In this document: positions 19,198 through 27,887 of the stretch, one piece after another
How the letters are laid out: the number at the start of each line of letters is the position of its first letter
Numbering within the stretch: the first letter of the stretch is position 1
Assembly: GCA_040222015.1 (NCBI GenBank)
Contig: JAVJWO010000153.1
Coordinates: forward strand, 60,439-124,438
Direction of reading: 5' to 3'
DNA length: 64,000 nt
Source of the DNA: Coleofasciculus chthonoplastes F2-STO-03
Lineage (GTDB): Bacteria > Cyanobacteriota > Cyanobacteriia > Cyanobacteriales > Coleofasciculaceae
Made by a program: the position numbers and the translations under genes
The notes under the pieces: model-generated
The model's database searches: none
What the model was told of the DNA's origin: nothing
The model's input: the letters and a program-made list of their open reading frames with translations, nothing else

Positions 19198-20490
19198 ATG
19201 ACCCTCTTGACATTTCTCTTGGGTCTAGCTCTAGGAATTGGGGTTGGCTTATGGTTACAACACCGCACCAAACAGCAGCTCAAGCAAACCTTGGAGTTGT
19301 TACCAGCCAATTCGACCAGTAACTCGTTTCCCTTAGAGTCTCGTCTACGGGGAGCGATTGTCCAAGCGAATCAGCAGCGCCTTGTCTTAGAAGACCAACT
19401 CAACACCATTCAATCCCTTTTTCAAGTCGCGCCCGTTGGGTATTTACAAGTCGATGAAGACAATCACTTAATTTGGTGTAATCAGCAGGCGCGTCAGTTA
19501 TTACAAATTGACCGATGGGAACCCGGACAGATTCGCTTACTTCTAGAGGTGGTGCGATCCTACGAACTGGATCAGTTAATCGAGAAAACGCGCAAACAGC
19601 AACAATCGACGAGCCAAGAATGGGTATTTCATCCCGCCTGTATGGATGGTGCAGCCATGAGCGAAGTGCGATCGCTCACGGTGCGGGCGTATGGTTGGCC
19701 CCTCGCTAATGGGCAAGTTGGGGTGTTTCTGGAGAATCGACAACCTTTAATTGAACTCTCGGAATCTCGCAATCAGTGGGTGTCTGACTTAGCGCACGAA
19801 TTGAGAACCCCACTCACGTCGATTCGCTTAGTCGCAGAAGCGTTACAAGGACGGGTTAATCCTCCAGAAAGCCGTTGGGTTAATCAACTCCTGCAAGAAA
19901 TTAATCGGTTAATTGACTTGATTCAAAATTGGCTAGAACTCAGCCATCTTGAACAAGATCCAAACAAGAGTCTTACGTATAAATCCCTCGACCTAAACAC
20001 TTTAATCCAATCGGCTTGGCAACGATTGGAACCTTTGGCAGAGCAAAAACAGTTACATCTTGCCTATCGTGGACCCGATACTCTGCCCATCAAGGCTGAT
20101 GAGTCGAGACTCATCCAAGTGTTTTTGAATTTATTAGATAATAGTATTAAACATAGTCCCCCCCAAGGATTGATTCGAGTTGAAGTAACCACTTCAACAC
20201 AGGTTGATCCAACCGAAAAAGTGCTGATGCAAATCGATATTATTGACGAAGGCGCGGGGTTTTCGGGTAATGATTTACCTCGTGTATTTGAGCGACTTTA
20301 TCGAGGAGATGCTTCGCGGTATCGGCAACCTACATCTGAGAATGTAACCACATTGGGGCGCAGTAGTGGGAGTGGTTTAGGTTTGGCAATTGTTCAGCAA
20401 ATTGTTCAGGCTCACGGTGGTACAGTTAATGCTAAAAATCACCCGGAAACAGGGGGGGCTTGGTTACAGATTCAATTACCTTGTAATTAG
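19198..20490 (+). CDS. sphS: Phosphate sensor histidine kinase (PhoR-like)
   Basis: N-terminal TM, PAS-like domain, LAHELRTPL H-box, N/G boxes; start MTLLTFLLG. Confidence 0.85.
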   Translation: MTLLTFLLGLALGIGVGLWLQHRTKQQLKQTLELLPANSTSNSFPLESRLRGAIVQANQQRLVLEDQLNTIQSLFQVAPVGYLQVDEDNHLIWCNQQARQLLQIDRWEPGQIRLLLEVVRSYELDQLIEKTRKQQQSTSQEWVFHPACMDGAAMSEVRSLTVRAYGWPLANGQVGVFLENRQPLIELSESRNQWVSDLAHELRTPLTSIRLVAEALQGRVNPPESRWVNQLLQEINRLIDLIQNWLELSHLEQDPNKSLTYKSLDLNTLIQSAWQRLEPLAEQKQLHLAYRGPDTLPIKADESRLIQVFLNLLDNSIKHSPPQGLIRVEVTTSTQVDPTEKVLMQIDIIDEGAGFSGNDLPRVFERLYRGDASRYRQPTSENVTTLGRSSGSGLGLAIVQQIVQAHGGTVNAKNHPETGGAWLQIQLPCN

Positions 20491-20884
20491 TCATTCGTCA
20501 TACTCGCTTCGCGAGAAGCAAGCTACGTCATTCGTCATACTCGCTTCGCGAGAAGCAAGCTACGTCATTCGTCATTCGTTAGGGAACAGGTAATTCATAC
20601 TATTGTTTTATCTTATCTTCTCCCCTCTACTTTATAAAACCTTCTCTCTAATACGTTCAATCCCTCTGCTACCTGGAGCGGAAACCTCTGCGTACTCTGC
20701 GTTTAAAAAAGATTATCGTCATGGCATTGGGGCGCAAGGCTTGCGCCCCTACCAGGATGGAATAGGGTTTGGGTTGGGTTGATGGCTGTTAAACAAAATA
20801 GGGCTAAAGCCCTTACTACGAACTACGAACTACGAACCGATTCCCCTATCTTAAAATTGATGTGTACTAGATTAGCCGATAAAC

Positions 20885-21208
20885 ATGACAACAGCCGTTC
20901 AAGTTGCGATCGCGGGGGAGGCTGCTGAACCCGCAGTGTCTGAGTTGATGGGGATTCCGGGGTTGTCGGTATCCTATGAGGCACAAACTCAAAAAGAGGG
21001 GACAATGGCAGTTATTGCCACGATTGTCGGCATTGCTGGCGGAACCGTGGCGCTAGCCGAACAAATTCGCAAGTGGTATCAGGAATGGAAGCAATCCCAG
21101 TCAGGTGAAACCTTTGATGTGGTGATTCAAAGTCCCACGGGGCGAATTGTCCTGGAAAATGCCACAATTGAGGAAATTTGTCAAGTCCTAAAAGCCTTGG
21201 AACCGTAG
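20885..21208 (+). CDS. Small hydrophobic-helix protein, EACC1-like candidate effector or protease substrate
   Basis: 107 aa with central AVIATIVGIAGGTVALAEQIRKW helix and C-terminal VIQSPTGRIVLE hairpin; stop lies 2 nt before the next GTG start. Confidence 0.65.
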   Translation: MTTAVQVAIAGEAAEPAVSELMGIPGLSVSYEAQTQKEGTMAVIATIVGIAGGTVALAEQIRKWYQEWKQSQSGETFDVVIQSPTGRIVLENATIEEICQVLKALEP

Positions 21209-21210
21209 TC

Positions 21211-24200
21211 GTGCAAACCCTTTATCTGAATATTACCGACATTGACGGCGATTATGCCCAACTCCGCTATTCCTGGGGTCAACCGGGAGGGTATGAATCT
21301 CAGGACTTGGATTTGGGGATAATTGAGGATTTGATTCAGCAGGCGCGGCGAGACTATTATATGCCACTGCCAGACTTGGTGGGCATGGGTCAACGGCTGT
21401 TCTTTTGGCTGGATGGAGACGGGCGCTGGTTGAGTCGGGGGATTCAGAGTTGTCGCGGTTCCGGGTTGGTGTTGGCAATTCAGACGGGACAGAAGTTGGC
21501 GCATTTACCCTGGGAAGTGTTGCATGATGGGCAGACGTTTTTAGTGCAGCGGGTGAATCCCGTGGTTGTCCCCATGCGTTGGGTGGATCATCCGGGGGAG
21601 GTGGGGGATACAGAAGCGCGTCCCTTGCGGGTGCTGTTTATGGCGACTGCCCCCCAGGGGGTTAAGCCTGCGTTGGATTTTGAGCAAGAGGAGGGGACAA
21701 TTTTACAGGATACGGCTGATTATCCCATCACCCTGCGCGTGGAGGAAAGTGGCTGTGTGGCGGAGTTGGGTAAGCTGTGGGGGCGGTATCGGGAACCCTT
21801 TGATGTCTTCCATTTGACGGGTCATGCGTCGATTAATCAGACGGAACCCTATTTTATTACCGAGACAGAAACCGGGGAACCCTTGCAAGCGAAGGCGGCG
21901 GAGATTGCCGAGGCGTTACAGTTTCGCTTTCCCCCCTTGGTGTTTTTATCCGGATGTCGTACTGGGGAGGCGGGGAATCAGGGGGCGATTTCCTCATTGG
22001 CGGAGGCGTTGATTGGTTATGGGGCGAAGGCGGTATTGGGTTGGGGACGCCCGGTGACGGATACGGGGGCGACAGTGGCGGCGGCGTATTTGTATGGACG
22101 ATTGGCGGCGGGGTTTCAGGTGGCTGAGGCGCTGGCGAGTACGTATCAAAAGTTGTTGAAAGATAAAATAGCAGATTGGCATTTATTACGGTTGTATAGT
22201 CAGGGCGAATGTCCCGGCGCGTTGGTGGAACCCTTGGGGGATGCGGTGTGGTGTGCGCCAGAACCCGCCTATTCTGATTTTTTAGACCCCAGAACCCAGT
22301 TTATCCGGGTGGCGACAGCCGAGGAATTTGTCGGGCGGCGGCGGGTATTACAGCGCTGCTTGCGGATGCTGCGGAGTGGGGGGAATTTGGGGGTGTTGAT
22401 GTATGGCTTGGGGGGTGTGGGGAAAAGTAGCGTGGCGGCGCGATTGTTGGAGAGGTTGGTGGGATATGACCGAATTGTGGTTTATCGGGGATTGGATGAG
22501 GATAAACTGGTGCGGCTATTCTCAGAACAATGTACGTCAGAGGCGGGGTTGGAGATATTGCAGGGGAAGTTACCTCTGATGCAGCGATTGACTAAGTTTT
22601 TCCAGGCGGGATTGAATCAGCTACAGCAACGGTTTGTGGTGGTGTTGGATGATTTTGAGGCAAATCTGGAAATGCGCGGGGATGGGGTGGCGGTATTAAA
22701 GCCGCAGGTGGTGGATGTGTTGCAGGCGCTGCTGAAGGGGATGGTGAATTCTAAGTTACCCCATCGGGTGATTATTACCAGTCGCTATGAGTTTAGATTA
22801 GGGGATGCCATGGTGAATCGTCGCCTGCATCGAGAACCCTTGGCGGGGTTACAGGGGGCGGATTTAGCTAAGAAATATACCCGGTTGGCGGCGTTTAGTC
22901 GGGAGTCTCAGGTAGAGGCGGCGATACAGGAGAAGGCGAAGCAGGTAGCGGATGGGAATCCGCGTCTGTTGGAGTGGTTGAATCAGATTTTGGCAGATGA
23001 ACAGGTGGATGAGGAGACGATTCTCCAGCAGATGCAGGGGAAAGCCGCAGAGTTTCGCGAGAGTATTTTAGCTGAGGAGTTGTTGAAGCAGCAGCCATCT
23101 GGGGTGAGGCAAATCTTGGGGATAGGGTTGGTGTATGAGTTACCGGTGCCTTATCCGGCGATGGAGGCGGTTTGTCAGGGGATTGGGAATTTTGATAATG
23201 GGGTGCAACGGGCGATAAGTTTGGGGTTGTTGGAGGTGAGTGAGTTTCAGGGGGAGGAGTCTTATCGGGTGTCGCGGATTCTGGCACCGTTATTGGAGAT
23301 TCCGGAAAATAGGGAGGATTTGGATAAAACGGCGGCGCAAACCCTGTATCATCTCTGGTGGGAAGTGGGGAAGAGTGAGATAGAAGAACAACGGCGGGAG
23401 ATTCATCGCTTGGCGTTGCGGGGGAATTTGCCAGAGATAGCGGCTGAAATGGCACGGGTTCTGTCAAATAGTTGGCAAAAACAGAGTCGGTTTCGGGAAG
23501 CATTGCAGTTATGTGAATCCACGCTAACTCTGACCCAAGATTATCGGGTGATGCATCAGTTAGCTAGAGCTGAAGCAGAATTGGGTGAGGTTTCCGCAGC
23601 TAAGGAACATTATCAGCAGGCATTAGCCAGTTGTCCAGAGGCGGAGGAACAGACAAAAGCGGCGATTATTCACAATCTGGCTGGTAACTATCTCCGACAG
23701 GGGGAAATCGACGAAGCTATTTCCCTGTATCAGCAATCGATGGAAATCACACAGCAGATTGGGGATGTGGAAGGGGCAGCGACGGCGTTACATAATCTGG
23801 CAGATATCCACGCCCAACAGGGAGAAATCGAACAAGCCATTTCCCTCTATCAGCAATCGATGGAAATCAAACAGCGGATTGGCGATGTGCAAGGGGAAGC
23901 GGCGACGTTAAACAAGCTGGCAGATATCTATCTCAAACAAGGACATATCAAAAAAGCCATTTACCTCTATCAGCAGTCACTGGAATTCAAACGGCGGATT
24001 GGCAATGTGCAAGGGGAAGCGGTGACTTTACAAAATCTGGCATATATCCACGCCCAACAGGGGGAAATCGAGGAAGCTATTTCCCTGTATAAGCAATCGT
24101 TGAAACTCACACGGCGGATTGGGGATGTGAAAACAGAAGCGACGGCGTTACATAATCTGGCAGATATCCACGCCCAACAGGGAGAAATCGAGAAAGCCAT

Positions 24201-24780
24201 TTTCCGGTATCAGCAATCGATGGAAATCACAAAGCGCATTAGGTATGTGCAAGGGGAAGCGGCGACTTTACACAAGCTGGCATATATCCATGCCCAACAG
24301 GGGAAAATCGACGAAGCCATTTCCCTGTATCAGCAATCCCTGGACATCAAACGGCGGATTGGGGATGTGCAAGGGGAAGCGGCAACTTTACAAAATCTGG
24401 CATATATCCATGCCCAAAAGAGGGAAATCGACGAAGCCATTTCCCTGTATCAGCAATCCCTGGACATCACACAGCGGATTGGCAATGTGCAAGGGGAAGC
24501 GGCGACGTTACACTGTCTGGCAATTATCCACGCCCAACAGGGAGAAATCGAGTCAGCTATTTCCCTGTATCAGCAGTCACTGAAACTCACACGGCGGATT
24601 GAGGATGTGAAAACAGAAGCGGTGACGTTAGCCATGCTGGGACAACTCTTAGCCGATGAGAAAGGAGAGGTTGAAACCGCGATTGACTATTTGCAGCAAT
24701 CCTTGGCTATCTTACAGCACCTGAAATCCCCCGATGCGGAGACGGTTAGGGACATTTTGAATGATTTGAGGCGGATGTAG
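21211..24780 (+). CDS. CHAT protease - STAND P-loop NTPase - TPR protein (NLR-like)
   Basis: LPWEVL, VFHLTGHA (His), FLSGCRTG (Cys), FVGRR, Walker A GLGGVGKS, Walker B VVVLDDFE, ADGNPRLL, about 10 TPRs; probable GTG start at 21211. Confidence 0.9.
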   Translation: MQTLYLNITDIDGDYAQLRYSWGQPGGYESQDLDLGIIEDLIQQARRDYYMPLPDLVGMGQRLFFWLDGDGRWLSRGIQSCRGSGLVLAIQTGQKLAHLPWEVLHDGQTFLVQRVNPVVVPMRWVDHPGEVGDTEARPLRVLFMATAPQGVKPALDFEQEEGTILQDTADYPITLRVEESGCVAELGKLWGRYREPFDVFHLTGHASINQTEPYFITETETGEPLQAKAAEIAEALQFRFPPLVFLSGCRTGEAGNQGAISSLAEALIGYGAKAVLGWGRPVTDTGATVAAAYLYGRLAAGFQVAEALASTYQKLLKDKIADWHLLRLYSQGECPGALVEPLGDAVWCAPEPAYSDFLDPRTQFIRVATAEEFVGRRRVLQRCLRMLRSGGNLGVLMYGLGGVGKSSVAARLLERLVGYDRIVVYRGLDEDKLVRLFSEQCTSEAGLEILQGKLPLMQRLTKFFQAGLNQLQQRFVVVLDDFEANLEMRGDGVAVLKPQVVDVLQALLKGMVNSKLPHRVIITSRYEFRLGDAMVNRRLHREPLAGLQGADLAKKYTRLAAFSRESQVEAAIQEKAKQVADGNPRLLEWLNQILADEQVDEETILQQMQGKAAEFRESILAEELLKQQPSGVRQILGIGLVYELPVPYPAMEAVCQGIGNFDNGVQRAISLGLLEVSEFQGEESYRVSRILAPLLEIPENREDLDKTAAQTLYHLWWEVGKSEIEEQRREIHRLALRGNLPEIAAEMARVLSNSWQKQSRFREALQLCESTLTLTQDYRVMHQLARAEAELGEVSAAKEHYQQALASCPEAEEQTKAAIIHNLAGNYLRQGEIDEAISLYQQSMEITQQIGDVEGAATALHNLADIHAQQGEIEQAISLYQQSMEIKQRIGDVQGEAATLNKLADIYLKQGHIKKAIYLYQQSLEFKRRIGNVQGEAVTLQNLAYIHAQQGEIEEAISLYKQSLKLTRRIGDVKTEATALHNLADIHAQQGEIEKAIFRYQQSMEITKRIRYVQGEAATLHKLAYIHAQQGKIDEAISLYQQSLDIKRRIGDVQGEAATLQNLAYIHAQKREIDEAISLYQQSLDITQRIGNVQGEAATLHCLAIIHAQQGEIESAISLYQQSLKLTRRIEDVKTEAVTLAMLGQLLADEKGEVETAIDYLQQSLAILQHLKSPDAETVRDILNDLRRM
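23701..24660 (+). repeat. Eight 120-bp tandem TPR-coding repeats
   Basis: Units begin GG(G/A)GAAATCGA-like every 120 nt from 23701 to 24541. Confidence 0.92.
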
Positions 24781-24825
24781 GTTTTTGCAACGGTATCTTT
24801 TTGCAACGGTATCCAGAAGCGTCCG

Positions 24826-24884
24826 CGTAGGGGCTTGGTTTCCAAGCCCTTGGTTTCCAAGCCCTTAGTTTCCAAGCCCGTACA
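24826..24884. repeat. GTAG-headed REP with 15-bp internal tandem (CTTGGTTTCCAAGCC x3)
   Basis: Direct reading. Confidence 0.75.
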
Positions 24885-24926
24885 GGTGGGGAAGTGGTGT
24901 TTAGTTGTCGCTAAATACGGTAATAA

Positions 24927-25335
24927 GAGATCCCCCCTAACCCCCCTTCAAAAGGGGGGAACAAGAAATTGCCTGCTTTGAGAACCAGAAATTGTATTCT
25001 TTGTCAGGGGGGAACAAGACATTTTACCCTTTGTTAGGAAAGAACCAGAAATTGCACCCTTTGTTAGGAAAGAACCAGAAATTGCACACTTTGTCAGGAG
25101 TGAATCAGAAATTAAGCCCAGTCATTTAAGGGGACAATAAAACATCAATCAAAGTCTCCCTTTCAATGAATCAATTACTCAAAGTCCCCCTTTCATCCCA
25201 AATCCGGGTTAGCTACCCCCGTTATAAACCAGTCCGCGCAGGCGGACTTTGTTTGTGTAGCAGCGATTTCAATCGCCGTGGCAAAAGGGGGTAATAAAGG
25301 CGGATTTGGTATCAAAGGAGGATTTAGGGGGATCT
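24927..25335. mobile_element. MITE-like element (GAGATCCCCCCTAA...TTAGGGGGATCTC) with 30-bp internal tandem repeats and a nested MITE at 25195-25312
   Basis: Terminal inverted repeats; inner TIRs ATCCCAAATCCG / CGGATTTGGTAT. Confidence 0.7.
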
Positions 25336-25533
25336 CAACCTTAATCGCGTAATCACAAGCTTAAATAAACCCCAATGGCAAACGGTTTACTCTCACAGTA
25401 AAGAAACCCACCGAAATTCTGGGGAAGGGCGGGTTTTGTATAGAAGTTATCGGATTTCCCCTCAATATTTTGGCTAAACCCGCCCCTACAAGTTTTCGGA
25501 TTGATAGCGCTGCAAGAGAGAGAGTACGAATGA

Positions 25534-25827
25534 CTAATGACTAATGACTAATGACAAATTTCCTTCTTGGCGTAATTGCTTATGGGTTTGCCGATCCGCT
25601 TCCAAGTCCGCTTCATTATAATGTAACTCGACACCTTTGGCTTTGAGGAATGTATCAACCTCCAAGCGGGTAGACATTCCCAGTAATTCTCGCACTTTAC
25701 CGACACTAATCGAACCCTCACGATAGGCGGCAATGACAATCATTTCCAGTAGCCTGCGTTCCAAGCTACCCCATTTAAGTTCTAACGAATGCGCGACATC
25801 ATCGGGTAGGGCGATCTGAATTTCCAT
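25534..25827 (-). CDS. UPF0175 family protein (putative antitoxin), orphan
   Basis: MEIQIALPDDVA...YREGSISVGKVRELLGM.TRLEVDTFLK.KGV.LHY...DLE.D. Confidence 0.8.
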   Translation of the reverse strand: MEIQIALPDDVAHSLELKWGSLERRLLEMIVIAAYREGSISVGKVRELLGMSTRLEVDTFLKAKGVELHYNEADLEADRQTHKQLRQEGNLSLVISH

Positions 25828-25936
25828 GAGTGGCTTGCTGTTAAAGGTTATTCGGATTGAATCTGTTTAGATTATCCAGATGCTGTGGGCTATTCGGATA
25901 CTATTATTTGGCGGATGAGGGGATACCGTTCGGAAT

Positions 25937-26288
25937 TTTTGCCAGGGAAAGCAGTCAATTGCATCAACTAGAGTCTATGGGCGCACACCTTTTCCAATTA
26001 TACTGTTTATTGAATCATAGAAACTGTTTTTTTGTCAACCCGTTTAATCCTAAGAAATTAGGTTCTGATACCAACAGGTGAGGACAGGGCGGCGATCAGG
26101 CAAATTAACAGGATGAAGGGAATATTCAAGAATTCTTTGCCAGGGAAGGTAGGCAATTGAATTAACCAGAGTCTATAGGCGTACACCTTCTCCGACTATA
26201 CTGTTTATTGAATCATAGAAACTGTTTTTTTGTCAACCCGTTTAATCCTAAGAAATAGGTTCTGATACCAACAGGCGAGGACAGGGCG
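25937..26288. repeat. Two ~150-bp direct repeats (period ~199 bp); a diverged inverted relative lies at ~50880-51060
   Basis: TATACTGTTTATTGAATCATAGAAACTGTTTTTTTGTCAACCCGTTTAATCCTAAGAAAT occurs twice. Confidence 0.85.
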
Positions 26289-26605
26289 ACCCGACCCAAT
26301 TTAGTGAATAGATTTGTTCATTGATGCCAGCGGGTCGCCCCTACATGGCGGCTATTAACCTTCTGCATTTTGCCCTACATTGGGTGACGCGATCGCACAA
26401 AATTTAAGAAAGATCTAACGCTTGGTTAACAAAGATCTAAATAGAGAAGCCAGTAAGATTTTTGACCTGTTGGCGATTAGGGTAAAATCTGAAGCAAGAT
26501 ACAAGATTTTTGTGTCAACTCATGGTAATAAGACTATTCCGGAGGTATCGCGCCAAGTGGTGAACGACTATCAGCTAAGTTATGAGCGAAAACCAGTATA
26601 AAACG

Positions 26606-27050
26606 TTGACACTCCCCCGGCTGAAAGCACGGGGGATTCTTCGTTCATCCAATCACCTTAGAGTATTGACTCTCGTCAATGCAGAAGAGGGCGAGTTGTC
26701 CCGAAGCGTTTATCCAGTATTCCTGGAACGTTCCTGTGTGCCCCACAGTACGGAGTGCTTCCTTGAGTATGTTAATTGCAGCGTTCCAATCACGATCTAA
26801 AACACACCCGCACTTACACCTATGCGTTCGAGTTGATAGTGATTTGTTCACCACACAACCGCAATTAGAACAGTTCTGGGAGGTGTAGTGAGGCTTAACG
26901 GCAACCGTCGCCACCCCAAACACTTTCCCGAAATACTCAAGCCACCGCCTAAATTCAGACCAGGCGGCATCGCTAATTGATTTAGCTAGATGGTGGTTTT
27001 TGACGCTTCGGCTTCGCTCAGCGTCAACCATATTCCGCACTTGCAAGTCC
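26606..27050 (-). mobile_element. tnpB: IS200/IS605 tnpB 3' fragment with right end
   Basis: DLQVRNMV..KNHHLAKSISDAAW..TSQNCSNCG..C.CG..DRDWNAAIN; right-end hairpin ends in ...GGGGAGTGTCAA. Confidence 0.85.
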
Positions 27051-27489
27051 ATTACATGCAGCGAACCTCCCACGGTTCCACGCTCAGCCGGATGGTGCAT
27101 TCCTGGGTATTATCTCGATCTGACCGAGAAAAAGCTTGGAAATTCTTTAAAGAGGCTCTCCATAGCGATATTGATGACATTCAGGGAGGTACAACACCTG
27201 AAGGCATCAACTTAGGGGCGATGGCGGGAACGGTGGATCTGATGCAACGGTGTTATACAGGGTTGGACATTCGCGATCAGGTATTGTGGTTGAATCCGTC
27301 TCTACCCCAAGAACTATCTGATACACGCCTGCGATTGCGCTATCGAGGACATTGGTTATCGCTGCGGTTTACGGATGAAAAGATAACCGTTTCATTTGAT
27401 CGCGGCTAGTCCAAACCTGTCTGCGTTGGCTTCCAGGGTGAGGTGTATGAGATGGTAGAAGGGGAGACAAGGGAGTTTGAATTGGCTTG
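27050..27489 (+). pseudogene. GH65 (trehalose/maltose/kojibiose phosphorylase-like) C-terminal fragment
   Basis: RTSHGSTLS..SDIDDIQGGTTPEGINLGAMAGTVD..NPSLP..LRYRGHWL; in-frame TAG at 27407, then SKPVCVGFQG..REFELA*. Confidence 0.8.
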
Positions 27490-27887
27490 AGGGAGATAGG
27501 GAGCAGAGGTGCGGGGGAGCGGGGGCAGAGGTGCGGGGGAGCAGAGGTGCGGGGGAGCAAAGGTGTACAGATGAGTACAGATGAGGACTTCCCCTCTTGC
27601 CAGCAGGGTACTTTACTCCAATTTAACCTAGATCTGCTATCAATAGAAGTAGACATAATTGAATTTGTCCTAGGGCAAGTCAACTACCTCGCCCATACCA
27701 AGTATGGACGAGGCTAACTGTACCCCGTACAGGGGAGACGCCTAAAACTATTAGGCAATTGGGTAAAAACTAACTGTACTTCTTTCTACCCACCACTTTG
27801 TATCAGTAAATTGAGTTAGGAGGTGTGGCTTTCCTCCGGAACCCATACCCAGTATGCAGGAGGTATCCAGCCACAAATTAGAATGAG

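Noticed and set aside
22895..23503. 202-aa Pro-rich antisense ORF (and similar shadow ORFs in radA, phoX, porins and the acidic protein)
   Set aside because: Antisense by-products of biased codon usage in well-supported genes
23701..24660. DGR template/variable repeat pair
   Set aside because: Differences are not adenine-specific and no reverse transcriptase is present in the window
24960..25130. 30-bp repeats as a CRISPR array
   Set aside because: Degenerate tandem units without spacers, inside a MITE
25940..26000. Group II intron
   Set aside because: Only a GTGCG-like start; no domain V or RT ORF, and the second copy reads GTACG
27487..27717. Short ORFs over GC-rich repeats (also 2112, 5075, 20390, 24687, 28413, 28534, 35144, 57021)
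   Set aside because: Translations of REP/STRR repeats with no family motifs
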